This document shows positions 1 to 12,872 of a DNA stretch of 64,000 nt, piece after piece (position 1 is the first letter of the stretch; every line of letters starts with the position of its first letter). Location of the stretch: assembly GCA_951406725.2 (NCBI GenBank), contig OX597816.1, positions 118,730,001 through 118,794,000 of the forward strand, read 5' to 3'. The DNA is from Octopus vulgaris (taxonomy: Eukaryota). The translations under genes were made by a program, and so were the position numbers. The notes beneath the pieces were generated by a model that had not been told where the DNA came from, made no database searches, and saw only the letters and a program-made list of their open reading frames with translations.

Positions 1-284
1 GTCTGAGAGCTTAGGATTGTTGAAGGTATTATTGTGTTGTATTTCTGAACTACTGTGAAAGAGTGATTCATTCTATGACACTCAGTGCTAACTTTTGTAA
101 ACATAGGACAAGACCTTCTAGAAAAGTAACTCGCAGTAGCACAATGTCTTATCCTACCTAGAGAGAATTTGTTCCTCTCTTAAAACTGGGTAAAAGCACT
201 GGTCCTGTAAATCTCAGGGGTACATGAACAAAACTTAACCACAATTCTCGACTGAAATGACAACCAGCTGCTATAATAATCATT

Positions 285-497
285 ACTATAGCGAGAAGGC
301 CTGAAATTTTTGGGGAAGAGGCAAGTCGATTACATCAACCCCAGTGCTTAACTGGTACTTATTTCATTGACCCCACCTCCCAAAAGATGAAAGGTAAAGG
401 CGACCTTGGTAAAATTTAAACTCAGAATGTAAAGACAGATGAAACGCCACTGAGCATTTTCCCTAGCATGCTAACAATTCCGTCAGCTTGTCGCTTT
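285..497 (-). mobile_element. tRNA-derived SINE, family B
   Basis: Matches the recurring unit gagctggcagaa..gttagca..aaatgct..gttctgagttcaaatt..tttgcctttcatcc..ggggtcgat seen many times in the window. Confidence 0.8.
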
Positions 498-1649
498 AAC
501 AGCTGCTACAATAACAGAGGACTCTGATTAGAGGAATCAATTATGTATATGATAATTGTATGATGGAGTGGTGTTTCATAACTTACTACTTGTGTCCATA
601 GTCACTACACTTAACCCACCATGGCTCAGTCCAGTCAGTTGTATTTATGTATCACAGAAAAATTTACCAGTATAAATAGTAAAATAGATTAGGGTTTCTG
701 TAGCTGGTACTACTGATTTAATTCTCTGTATGGTGTAAATGGATGCAGTTAAATGGATTTTCTGATGACTAAAGACCATATTCAGTACCATCAAGAGTAG
801 CAACTTGAGTAAAAGCTAGAATTCCAAGAAATAATCAAGCTTTAATTACATGCAGGTAGGTGTAGATAGAGGGAAAATATAGATATTCAAATAAACATTG
901 AAAAAATGGGAGCAAGGGCTAAATGGAAAGAAGCAGTTCTGTACACATTTAGTAATGAATATGTAAAATGTAATGATGATCATAGTAGTAAAAGTTAAAG
1001 TGAATATATTTGGAAGAAAAATACTTTAGTTATTAATAAATATTTACTGCAAAAAGAGTCACCTCACCACATAGGGACAGAAAATTCTACAGCCAGATAA
1101 GTTTTGTTAAAGTTTCTGCTGCAGAAGAAGAGTTTACTTCGTGAAAAAGTGAAAATTCTATAACTCAGTGGTTCCTTACCCATTTTAATAAGAAAAGAAG
1201 CCAATAATATCGAACATTGAAGAGCCAAGTTTGGAGGATGGCTACATTTTGGAATGATCAGAGTAAGTAGGTAGATGCAAAATATATAAATAGTGCACAG
1301 TTTATTATTGATAGAGAGACAGAATTTAAATTGGATATGATATAATGAAAACTAATATAAATAATACAAGTTCCATTTCGAACAAAAATATGATAGAAAT
1401 TTAATGAGATGTTTGACACTGAATTTCCCAACAAGCTTGATAATGTTCACTCATAGATTAGTTGCAGAAAGCCTTAGAGTTTGATGTACATGCTTGTCAA
1501 TAAACCTTGATTTCACTAATTTAAGATTTGAAAATGTTTGCTCACAAATATTAGTACAGCTAAAGATGGAAAACAATGCCAGTAGCAAATTATTTTAAAA
1601 CCTGAATAAACTCTTCAGACAGAGATGTAGAAAATTTCACAAGACTCTT

Positions 1650-1824
1650 ATCTTTAGAGTTACAGATTCAGTAAAATAACTTTGATAATTATTATACTGG
1701 TGATTAGAATGTGAATTATTGTAAAATTTTGATGGAAGGTTTTAATGTGGATCACTTTAAAACAGCAAGTTTGAATCATAAAAAGAAGGGCAGTCTCAGG
1801 CAGGTTGGTATCTAAAGAGGTTAA
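1650..1824 (+). mobile_element. piggyBac-type MITE, family 1, partial
   Basis: Ends ...gcagtctcaggcaggttggtatctaaagaggTTAA, like the copies at 10758, 24735 and 51210. Confidence 0.6.
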
Positions 1825-1976
1825 ACTTGGACATCAGCCCATTGCTGGTTTGAAAAATCAATTACTTCCAATTGGTACTTTCCTTGAGTTTCCTCTGGAT
1901 AAAAAGGATTCTAGAATAAGTGAATTTGTAAACGATGCTCATGAAAGTCTACAAACCCGCACACACCTCCTCCGTC

Positions 1977-2145
1977 CCATCATTTATCCATGTTTCACTC
2001 TGACATGCGTTGGATGGTTTGACAAGATCTGATGGGTCCAGGACAGTTTGCTTTGGCATGGTTTCTTTGGTTGGATGAACTTCCTAACACCAACTACTTT
2101 ACAGCATGTACTGAGTGTTATTTTCTCACCATCAACACTAGCGAG
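1977..2145 (-). mobile_element. Decayed RTE-tail repeat (family C)
   Basis: Contains ggatggtttgac...ggatgaacttcctaacaccaac, similar to the RTE 3' UTR at 25716-25960. Confidence 0.6.
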
Positions 2146-2199
2146 ACTGTCATGCAGTTTGCAAGAATCTCTTTATCAAACCCTTCCTGAAGTAGTTTT

Positions 2200-2760
2200 A
2201 GTGCTTCACAGTCCATAATGTTCAAGAAAATATTATGCTTCTTCATCAGTTCAATGTAAAAGAACTATTCAAAATATTTTTTCAACAAACTATTTTATAA
2301 AAAAATCTTTCATGCCCATATTTAAAGCCAGAAGTCAAAATGCCTTGTGATCTCCATGTCATAAGTATTCAAATCACCCATAATTTCAGCCAAGAAAATA
2401 CAGTAAAAATTCCAGTTTTGATTGAAAAATACATCCTGATGTTTCCCATTTTCTGTCATAAACATTTCTCTCCTATTACAAAGTGTAAAGAAATATTTTA
2501 AAACTTCCCCTCTACTGATCTACCTCATTTCAGCACAAAACAATATATTATTATATTGTGTATCTAAATCAGACAAAAATCCTTGAAACAGGATAATTAA
2601 ATGCTTTGTTCTTGATAAAATTTACAGATGATACAACACTTGTGACATCTTCACATTTAATAACTTTACAACACAATATCTCCTGATGAATGATGATGCA
2701 GCGAATTTCAAAGACATTGTTCCATTACTGTTAGAAAAAAATTCATGTTTAAAATTTTTT
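2200..2760 (-). pseudogene. hAT (SPIN/GTF2IRD2/Charlie-like) transposase remnant
   Basis: Manual minus-strand translation gives RCIIIHQEILCCK..VNFIKNK, then a frameshift, then FQGFLSDLDTQYNNILFCAEMR*ISRGEVLKYFFTL and later FLAEIMGDLN. These match the HCIIHQE, EVRWLSRG and LAFLxDITxHLN motifs. Confidence 0.8.
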
Positions 2761-3926
2761 CAATCAATCCAAATTTACTACCCAGCTTCATTTTTCTCTG
2801 TATTTCTCTGAATAACTACCACCATGGGTTCTTCTTACTATCACTTGTCATACCAGCCTCCATTTCTCTCCCTAAGTAATTCATATCTCAAACAACCATC
2901 TCTCACACCAATCACCTCTCTCACTACTCCAATGCTGGCAGGATATTATTGATGGTATAATTACTCTTTTGAAATCATGCTCAGTTACTGTCGTGCAATT
3001 AAGCTGACATTTCTGATGTGAGGGCCTCCTAATAAAAATGATAATTTAACCTCCCCAAATTGTTTTCAGCTCAAATTCCACTTTACCTTTTATCTTTCTG
3101 AGATCAATAAAATAAGTAGCGGGAAGTGGGGTATAGTTAATTTAATTGATTCTTTGTTAGAAGGTAGTGCTCCAGTATGATCACATATCAATGACAAAAC
3201 CATTAAAAATGTGTATGCGTGTGTGTGTGAGAGAAAGAGAGAGAGATGGGGGGCGGATTTATTACTGATGTAAGAAAGTCAAATAATGAAGGGAGGAGAT
3301 GGCTGGTAATAAAACAAAACTCAAAATGAATCAGTGTGTATACGTGTACACATGCTTCTCATTTTATGCCCCTTTGCTCTAACATACACACCCTTTCCCT
3401 TGGAAATAGAGGAATTTTGAACGGTGCATAACCAGAAAACGAAAAAAAAAAAAAATTCAAAGAGATGTTAACAGATAAAAAATATATAATAAAGTAACTA
3501 TTCATAAACAGAGAGGAATAGAGGAAAAATTATACATAGTAAATTTTGGAAATTGCCTTCTTGTCTAGTCCTAAGTTTGTCATCCTATTCACCCAAATTA
3601 TTGAAAATATAGGTGTAGTGAAAAGAGAGAGAGTGAGTGAGAGAAGAATCATCACAAAAGAAAACACAAAAGATGTTTTTTTTTCAAATATGTATTGAAA
3701 ATTCAAAACAAAACCAGACAAAAAAAAAAGAAAGAACAAATAAAATTCTAATTAACCCATTCCTACTTAATAATTGAATCAGCATGCACACACACATAAA
3801 GAATTGCTTTTTAATAAATCCAATAATTCATTATAAATAATGAGTTAGGAGATTTAGTAGCTGTAGGTGCATACTTCTCTATTTAATTAGCAATAAACCA
3901 AAGAAAATCTTTATTGATTAAATAAT

Positions 3927-3928
<2 letters not shown>

Positions 3929-3975
<47 letters not shown>

Positions 3976-4155
3976 GTAACTCACACACGGGAAAAGTCAT
4001 TTAAATCTTTCATAAGGTTAGCAACAATATACATTACAGACACACACACATATATATATATATATAGAGATATATATATATAAATAATATATATTATATA
4101 TATAAATATGTTTAATATATAATATATATATATAATATATATATATAATATATAC
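3929..4155. repeat. (CA)n and degenerate (TA)n microsatellites
   Basis: Directly visible dinucleotide runs. Confidence 0.9.
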
Positions 4156-4156
4156 A

Positions 4157-4551
4157 TTCTTTTATTTGTTTCACTCATTTGACTGCGAGCTTGCTGGAGC
4201 ACTGCCTTTAGTCGAACAAATTGACCCCAAGACTTACTCTTCATAAGCCCAGTACTTATTTTATCGGTCTCTTTTGCTGAACCACTAAGTTACAGTGACG
4301 TCAACACACCAGCATCGGTTGTCAAGAGATGGTGGGGGACAAACACAGACACACAAACACAAACATATATATATATATATATATACACAACAGGCTTCTT
4401 CTCAGTTTCCATCTACCAAATCCACTCACAAGGCTTTGGTTGGCCTGAGGCTATAGTAGAAGACACTTGCCCAAGGTGCCATGCAGTGGGACTGAACCTG
4501 GAACCATGTGGTTGGTAAGCAAGCTATTTACCACACACCAACTCCTACGCC
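4157..4551 (-). mobile_element. tRNA-derived SINE, family A, full length
   Basis: Reverse complement of the 5947 copy, with A/B boxes, caccttgggcaag core, internal TA/TG run and gaaacaagtaaaaga-type tail. Confidence 0.9.
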
Positions 4552-4681
4552 TATATATATACATATTATATATATATTGATAGAAATGGTAAGACAACAA
4601 AAGAATGAAAGAGACCTCGATATTATGTAAATAGAGGAATTTACCTGTAAATGTAATTTGTGACAATTATTTGGTAGCCAT

Positions 4682-4742
4682 GATAAAACTCTGAGTTTCG
4701 GATGTCGGTGTGGAAATCCACACCGCCATCTCTTCAGTTATC
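4682..4742 (-). ncRNA. Type I minimal hammerhead ribozyme
   Basis: Minus strand reads GATAA-CTGAAGA-GATGGCGGTGTGG-ATTT-CCACACCGACATC-CGAAAC-TCAGA-GTT-TTATC. Stem I is GATAA/TTATC, the CUGANGA and GAAA core is present, stem II has 13 positions with one G-A mismatch, stem III is palindromic (ACTC-A-GAGT), and the cleavage triplet is GUU. Confidence 0.8.
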
Positions 4743-4840
4743 CAGCCATCGGATTTGTCCTCTTCCATGTTGTAAAAGAAAGCTTTCCATCTCATGTGCT
4801 TAATAAGGTCTGTAATTTTCTCCAAAAGGCCCAATGGTCG

Positions 4841-4901
4841 GATAATTGGAGAGATTGTGGCATGGATTTCCACCGCAACATCCGAAACTCGGCATTTTAT
4901 C
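4841..4901 (+). ncRNA. Degenerate inverted copy of the hammerhead (probably inactive)
   Basis: Reads GATAA-TTGGAGA-...-CATC-CGAAAC-TCGGC-ATT-TTATC. The core is mutated (CTGAAGA to TTGGAGA) and stem III is disrupted. Confidence 0.55.
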
Positions 4902-4929
4902 ATGGCTACCGAATAATTGTCACATAATT

Positions 4930-5888
4930 GAAAGCAGTGAAGAGTCCTGCCTGAAAATACAACTGCTGGAGATTGGAAAAAAAAAATCTGCAACTCTCCC
5001 ATGAAAAAGAAAGAGCAGACAAAGAAGCCTGGGCTATAGACAACATAAAATCTAACCCCAGAGCTTTCTACAAGTTTGCCGAAGAAACAGATATGGTGCA
5101 CTGTAGGATAGGGCCACTCCTTGAAAAAGATGGTACACTCACAGGAAATCCAATGAGGGTAAGTGAAATACTAAATGAGCAATTCAAAAGTATTTTCACT
5201 CCACTCCTAGGGCATATTCAAGTCAGCAATCCAACTGACTTCTTTACCACTGCAGATATAAAAACAAGCAATGATGATCGATTACATCAATATAAAGGAA
5301 GATGATGTAATAAGGGCTATAGATGAAATGAACCCAAACTCAGCTACTGGCCCTGATGGATTCCCAGCAATCCTTCTAAAAGTATGTAAACGAGTCCTAG
5401 CAAGACCACTGCAGTCCCTCTTTCAGAGCTTCCTTGCAACTGGCAAACTTCCAAGAAAACTGAAGGAGGGTAAAATATGCCCTATTCATAAAGGAAGTAG
5501 CAGAGCAGAGGCCAAGAACTACAGACCTATCTCTCTGACCTCACACATCTGCAAGGTCATAGAACAAATAGTCAGAAGAAAACTAATTGCCTTCCTTGAA
5601 GAAAATGACTTGCTGCCCGACACCCAACATGGTTTCTGACCAGGAAGAAGCTGCCTGACTCAGCTTTTACAACACTATGACTGGGTGCTGAAATAGCTGC
5701 TCAACCACTCAAATGTGGAAGTGATATATCTCGACTTTGCAAAGGCCTTTGATAAAGTCAATCACGGAATGATTTGTCACAAACTACGAGATCTCGGCAT
5801 AGTTGGAAAATTGGGAGAATGGCTTCATGACTTTCTGAAGGATAGAAGTCAGGTGGTAGTAGCCAATGGAGCCACCTCCAATGACATG

Positions 5889-5890
<2 letters not shown>
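4930..5890 (+). pseudogene. Non-LTR retrotransposon ORF2 fragment (CR1/L2/Jockey-group reverse transcriptase)
   Basis: Motifs IKSNPRAFYKF, SATGPDGF, NYRPISLTSHICKV, QHGF*PGRSCLTQLL and VIYLDFAKAFDKVNH are present. There is a frameshift near 5275 and in-frame stops, and the fragment ends in (TA)n. Confidence 0.92.
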
Positions 5891-5925
<35 letters not shown>

Positions 5926-5946
5926 ATATATACAATATATATCATA

Positions 5947-6349
5947 GGCGTAGGAGTGGCTGTGTGGTAAGTAGCTTGCTTACCAACCACATGGTTCCGG
6001 GTTCAGTTGCACTTACGTGGCACCTTGGGCAAGTGTCTTCTACTATAGCGTCGGGCCGACCAAAGCCTTGTGAGTGGATTTGGTAGACGGAAACTGAAAG
6101 AAGCCCATTGTATATACATATGTGTGTGTGTGTGTGTGTTTGTGTGTCTATGTTTGCCCGCCCCCCAACATCGCTTGACAACCGATGCTGGTGTGTTTAT
6201 GTACCCGTAACTTAATGGTTCAGCAAAAGAGACGATAGAATAAGTACTAGGCTTACAAAGAATAAGTCCTGGAGTCGATATGCTAGACTAAAGGTGGTGC
6301 TCCAGCATGGCCACAGTCAAATGATTGAAACAAGTAAAAGAGTAAAAGA
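5947..6349 (+). mobile_element. tRNA-derived SINE, family A, full length
   Basis: ggcgtaggagtggctgtgtgg (A box), ggttcagtt (B box), caccttgggcaagtgtcttctactatagc, internal TA/TG run, and tail gaaacaagtaaaagagtaaaaga. Confidence 0.9.
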
Positions 6350-7379
6350 TTATACATATATGATATATACAATGTATAAGCTACCTGGTCTATGAGTGCC
6401 TTCAGTACTGGTTATCTTATGAATGCTTTTTATGCAAACAGTAATCTCTAGATGTTCAAGGTTGGGAACTAACAGCATTAGCACCATCAATGTGGTAGGG
6501 TCTGCAATGGTAAAAGGCACTGCCCCTGAAGCTGTTTAACAAATAGCCTCTACATACATTCATTCATTCATTCAAAGTTACTTCACAGCAGCTTAGTTGA
6601 TAAAGTGGTGGCTGAAGTGTTGATGGTTCATGTTTTTATTTCACATATTCAACATTCAGATGTTGTAGGATATGTACCATCGACATATCATTGTAATTTC
6701 TGTTATAAGCAATAACAGTTTGGTATGAATCATAACTTCTTTTGTTAGGCAGTGAGTTATAATTCTACTGTCAATTCTAATGTCTCCTAGATGCACAAAT
6801 CTTCTTCAGTGACTATCCTGACAACCCAGTGGATTATAGAACTTATCATTACACTCACACACACCTTAGTTAAAAACCATTTGCTTTAGATGTTGGTGTG
6901 ATATATTACTTGTATTTACCACTTCCTTTCTCTATACACTTACTTTCATTTTCTTCCATGCTTGTATTGGTGTGAAATATATTTTTACTGGAATACTTCA
7001 ATACAGCTTCCCTGCTGAATTTCCTAACTATTGCTAACCACTTTATTGTAAACTAGAAGCAAAAACTGGATTTATCAATCAGTCAAACTAGACAGGGAAG
7101 GCAAAGCTTTGTTGACTAGTAGTAGTAGTATGGGGGCATGCGCTAGAATGGTTATTACTGCATTGACCATTTGTTGATGATTACCTACTCATGGCAGATG
7201 ACACCTTTGCACCACTCAAGTGACAACCCTCCAATCCATGGGTCTGTTTGTGTCGTCATTACTGGTAAGGGTTTTATGGGGTTAGAGTGCAAATCCTACC
7301 TCAACCACTTTCAGATGCCTTTTACAACATGCAGAGGAAACATCGAGACTATCCTTTGGCATGCTGATCCCCACACAAC

Positions 7380-7495
7380 TCTAGAGCAACATGAAATGAA
7401 GTGCTTCACTTAAGAACACAACATGTAGCCTGATCCAGGAATTGAACTCCCAAATGCTAAATCACGAATGCAACACCCTAACCACTAGGCCACAC
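7380..7495 (-). mobile_element. tRNA-derived SINE, family D, 5' part
   Basis: Minus strand reads gtgtggcctagtggttagggtgttgc..gagttcaattcc..tgttgtgttcttaagtgaagcacttcatttca. Related copies lie at ~20130 (+) and 21928-22245 (-). Confidence 0.65.
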
Positions 7496-8289
7496 AACCC
7501 CACTTGTTGACAAGGATATAGTTAAATTTGAACTCATAACCATAAGGTCAGTAGTCTGGAACTTTGACCCCCAAAGGCTTTTGAATGAGTGATAAAGTAG
7601 ATAGCAGCTGCCAAACTAACAGGCAACCAGTAAAAGCAGGAATGTCCATGTCCTGTTACTAGATTGTGTTGATAAGCACTTAGCACTCAACAACCAGCCT
7701 CTAAGTTAGTTCCATAATTACATAGCTACTGGATTGTTGTAACTAAGCGGTAACTGCATGGTCCAAGTGGGGAGTCTCAATGGTGATCAAAGACAGGCAA
7801 GCATCCTATCTAATAGAAGATTAGTTTCACATCCTGCTAATGTTAGAGAGACTGGAGGTAAGAACTGAACCAATAGAGTGAATTTTTTTTTTAAGGATTA
7901 TGGCTGAATCTAACAGTTGGATAAAGAAGTGCCAAGTGATCCAAGTAGGAAAAATTGGCAGAAGAGGAAGGTATGAGAAGCAGTGAAAGATGATTTCAGA
8001 AAACTGAGCTTCATGGAAAAATGAGAAAGATGTGAAGAGGCAGCAAGACATTGTGTTTGAGACTCATCCAATCCAAGCAAACATAAAAAAACAAAAAAAA
8101 AGGAGGAAAATGTAAAATGATGATGATGATAATGTTGATATTGATCTGTTAGGACTTGAACTATATATGCACCTCCTGCTGGGTGACCACTTTAATGATG
8201 ATACCGTTCTTGAATTTGTGTACCTGATATTACAGTCAGAGTATACAGAATAGTGGCTCCAGTTCTCTGAAGTTACTGGATTTCATCTC

Positions 8290-8478
8290 TTATCTTCAAC
8301 TTGTTTCAGTCAGACTGTGAAAATGCTGGGGCACTGCCTTGAAGAATATTTAGATGACAGTCTCTTTTACTGAAATGTTAAGTTACGGGGATGTAAACAC
8401 AGCAGCACTGATACAAAGACACACACACACACATATATATATCATGCTAGCATGGAGAACGGACGTTAAACAATGATG

Positions 8479-8509
<31 letters not shown>

Positions 8510-8662
8510 CAATGGGATTCTTTCAGTACAAAATCCACTCACAAGGTTTTGGTCGGCCTGAGGCTATTTTAGAAGACACTTGCCCAATGTACCACACACT
8601 GGGATTGAACATGGAACCATGTGGTTGGGTAGCAAGCTTTTTACAGCACAACTGCACCTGCA
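8290..8662 (-). mobile_element. Decayed family A SINE with an RTE-tail fragment in its central microsatellite
   Basis: Family A blocks flank catgctagcatggagaacggacgttaaacaatgatg at ~8443-8480. Confidence 0.7.
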
Positions 8663-9073
8663 TCTACACAGCTAACACATACTCATTATTTATATTTCTC
8701 CTTTAGATAGTTCATGATTTAGATTTACTGTATTGTATCCATTTATCTGTCTCCTTATAAATTTCTTTCCTCACCCTCTCCATCCACCTACACACACTTT
8801 CCCACTTCACACACACACACACACAAGATGCATATATGTTTACATCAAACACACACATCAAGAAATAAGTTTATAGCTGTAACTAATGTGACTATAGAAA
8901 TGCCTGTTGTGACCAAGGACATCATTTACCTCACTTATAGCTGTTTCCTCATTCAGCTATAGCAAATCATGTAGTATTAGTAAATCTTAAACCCCACCTC
9001 CTCAAACTATACAAAAATACATCTGAACACACAGATTACAACATTTATATACAAAGCTTTGGAAAGCAGATAT

Positions 9074-9133
9074 GATAATTATTATTATTATTATCATTAT
9101 TATTATTATTATTATTATTACTATTATTATTAT
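9074..9133. repeat. (TAT)n microsatellite
   Basis: Visible trinucleotide run; it produces the poly-Tyr ORF artefact. Confidence 0.95.
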
Positions 9134-9803
9134 AATGATGATGAAAACCTACACCATAACGGAAATCATTTGCTGAAATTTAATTTTTTTTGCTCTATAT
9201 CCACCCATATTTTCTTTTCTAAATTTAGTTATTTTGAACGTAGAAAAGAATTTTCTTTTAGATATCTCAATATTTACCATCAAGGAAACTAAAAAAAAAG
9301 AAAGAAAATGTTAATAGTGACAAAAAGGGGTTTTATTACTCAGTAAACTACAAGACCGTCTGGTCTGTCCTGAAGCAAAGAGCTAATAACAAAACCTACC
9401 AGCTTGACATCAATATTGGCATAACAACAACATTATGAAAATAGATGGTCTTCAGTAATAAATATTACACACATACTAAACAATATACATATTCACTAAG
9501 TCAGTCACTCACATTATCACTTTTCAACACTCTCATCACACAGTCTCAACAGCTTCCTCATTCATTAACATACAAGCAACTCCACACACACACATAATAA
9601 ATTACATACACATCCATTCAGTTACACTACTATTCTTTTACCCACTCATGCTACTCATCAAGCACATACACATAATCACAATATCATACATGCACATCTC
9701 ACAGATATCCAAAAGATCTAAACACACACACACATAATTACAGAGCTAATAACAGTAAATATCAAATGACAAATGGCTCAGGCTTTTGACTCACGACAAG
9801 GAG

Positions 9804-9835
<32 letters not shown>

Positions 9836-10757
9836 ATGCCATGACAGCATTAATGGAAAGTAAATTTTGTAACCATTTTGCTTGGGCTTCATAAATTTTT
9901 TTTCTCTCTTTCTCTTTCAGATTTTATGGTTTAGTCAGAGGAGGAAGGGCAGGTCTTAACAACAATTTTACACGGTCTTGGAGACTGGAGACTAGTGATG
10001 AAAAGAGAGGAAAAATGCATGAGTCATGAGTTGCTGCTGATCAAGATGTTGAATTACTCTCAGACCGGATTCATGGTGTGAATTGTTTACTGCAAAGTGG
10101 ATTCCAGTAAAGGAACTCGTAGGACCAAGTCAGGTGCTAAACTGGGTAAGGGATTAAATCTATTTTCCAAGAACAGGTACAATCCACCTGATTGACACTT
10201 TTTATGTGGCACCAACACTGGCAGGGTTACCAGGTAACTTGCAAGACAAGGAATTTTTGAGAGGGGAGGGGGCATTGGAAGAGGTGATCTTGAGCCAGAT
10301 GATGAAAGGTTAGAATGCGAGAGAAAGGGAGAAAGAAAGAGAGAGAGAGAGGTAACAAGAAAGAGGACAGAAACAGGTATGCTGCTGTAAAGAAGATACT
10401 TGGTTACCTAGCCAGAGGGAAGAGCAAGATATATAATTATGTAGGCTGGGTAAAATTCAAGCTGTGTTCTCTCGAAGGACGTCTGCTTATTCCAGTATTT
10501 TCCCAACTGTCTATCTACAATACACATGATCACTAACTATGTATAAATGCTTCATCCAAATGTAAATTTTGTATTATTTGATTCTCTGACTGAAAAATTC
10601 CTAACAGGAAATTTCTTACATGCTTATCTAACATGTACAACTTAGTGATTTATATGAGCAACACATTTGACCAATTTCAGTTCTGTAACAACATCAAAAT
10701 CTCTTACACTAACAACAAAATACCATCCACTCTTACAAACACTGTTGTTACTTTTAA

Positions 10758-11038
10758 CCCTTTTATTACCATACACTGTCTTTGTACCAATAAATTTTGA
10801 AAATAACAGATGAAGAATTTAGCAAAATTAACTTTTGATATAGATTTTTTATAAACTTTTCGAAATAGATTTTACATAAGCTTTTACATAAACATTTTTT
10901 TAAAATAAATTATTAACCTAGCATTTGGAATATAAATTAGTATGAAGTTCTGATGGCTGGTTTAAATTTAGATAATTTTAAAACAGGAAGTTTGTATTAT
11001 AGAACTAGAAGCGGTCTCAGTGAGTTGGTAGCAAAAGA
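10758..11038 (+). mobile_element. piggyBac-type MITE, family 1
   Basis: TTAA-cccttttattacc ... ggtagcaaaaga-TTAA. Confidence 0.75.
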
Positions 11039-11081
11039 TTAAATATTCAGGAAGATACTTTTGATATGAATGCTTCTACTG

Positions 11082-11149
<68 letters not shown>

Positions 11150-12667
11150 ATTCTTTTGTTTTTCAGTTAATAACTTATACATTGCAAACCAGGTTAAAAT
11201 TGCAAATACAGACTATTGCAAGGGTGATTTAACAAAAAATCCATTACACTGCACAAGAAATAAATATTCTAAAATCAATTTGGAGCATTATATTTCATTA
11301 AAATCTGTTTCATAAAAATGCATTTAAATTAGCTTACAACAGCATGTAATCCCCGTTGTTTGAGTTCCAACCATATTTATTCTTCTCTTTGAAACATTGA
11401 ATGTGAAACTATAAACGCTAAATGATGATCAGAAATGTTGATCTATGTTAATTTAAGTGCATTTTATAATACTGAAAAAAATAAATAACTAAAATCCTTG
11501 GTGGTTAATGCTCAAACCATTATTTGTAGATTATTTATTTTGATGTTTGTATATGTGTTTTTGACTTAACTATATTACTTCTCTTGTACACTGCAGCCAC
11601 AATTGCATGCAGTTATTAAAAACAAAGAACCATGTTTGATAAAGAATACTTTAGTTAAAAAGGTTAAGCCCCACCAAAAGAGATTAATAAAGTAAAGATA
11701 ATATTTGAATCAAAAATATACCACCACCACCACACATCCATCCATCCATTTTTCCATGCTAGTATGGGCTAGACAAGTCTGTTCCAGCACAGTGTCTTGC
11801 TGCCACTTGTTGCTATCCTTTGTCATCTGATACAGCCACCCACAACAGAGAAAAAGCACCAATATTTGTTGTTGTGTAATACATTTAATACATAAATAAA
11901 CTGTAGGAAATTTTGTAAGGTTTCAATATAATAAAAGAAATCTGCTAAACTGACCACTTTCTACTGTTGTTTCAATACAATATCACTTTATATGTGTGGT
12001 ATTAAGCATGAAATCCTTGATGTAAAATGATGGACAACTTCCTTTAGTTTTCAAAGCCTTTCACAAAAGCCAATGTCTGGAGATAGATGAAAGACTGGGG
12101 GATAATGAGAAGCCTGGAGCTATCACAAACACGTGCACCAACTCATTAATCAACCTCCAAGAAACAAGAACCAAATCTCCTTCAAATCACACACAATTAA
12201 AAGGAGAAAAAAAAAACGGGGGAAAAAAAAAAGAAGCCAAACAAACCCACATTGGATAGTATAATGTAATCGTTGACACAAACTGCTGAAAAAAAGATGA
12301 CAGGTTAGTCATGCCTGGAATGCCTTAGATCAAAGATCTGAATTTATCATGATTGACTTGGGGGCTAAGCAACAACTACAGAGATTTCCACAGATATCCC
12401 CAGAGACAGCATTTACAGATAAGATTAAATTATAAGATTTGAGGAATAGTAGTACATTAAGATGCTGATATGAATGTTTATTATGATAAATGTCTCTAAT
12501 TAGATGAATATGTTGAAGTAGAGTTAATCAGATCACAAATGATACAAATAATAAGTATAGAAATGACAGTTGTTTGAGATTCAAACCCTATATATGCAGA
12601 TTGACTTAGTCTTTCAATCTTTCACATCCTTCTCTAAGGGAGGACATGCACTAATATATGCACTGGT

Positions 12668-12872
12668 AAGGCAGTGAGCTGGCAGAATTGTTGGCATACC
12701 AAATAAAATGCTTAGTGGCATTTTGTCCATCTTTATGTTCTGAAATAAAATTCCACCAAGGTTGACTTTCATCATTTTGGGGTTGATAAAATAAGTACAA
12801 GTACTTGAGTTGGTGTAATTGACTTACCTCCTCCCCTGAAATTACTGGTCTTATGCCAAAATTTAAAACCAA
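12668..12872 (+). mobile_element. tRNA-derived SINE, family B
   Basis: ggcagtgagctggcagaattgttggca..aaatgcttagtggc..ggggttgataaaataagtac. Confidence 0.75.

Larger units (their letters stand above)
4578..4925. mobile_element. Penelope-like element fragment: inverted terminal-repeat (pLTR) pair around an N-terminal ORF piece
   Basis: An ~85-bp inverted repeat (4657-4742 vs 4841-4923) carries hammerhead motifs. Between the arms, the minus strand reads LLEKITDLIKHMRWKAFFY, resembling the KRMRWKAFF N-terminal motif of PLE ORFs. Confidence 0.75.

Noticed and set aside
3981-4244. ORF-track ORFs rich in IY, LS, CV, TH or poly-Y (also 9059, 14012, 15652-16086, 31657-32147, 34825, 46191)
   Set aside because: They are translations of microsatellites and SINEs.
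5947-6020. tRNA-like sequences with A and B boxes (many copies)
   Set aside because: They are SINE heads that continue into SINE bodies, and no complete cloverleaf is evident.
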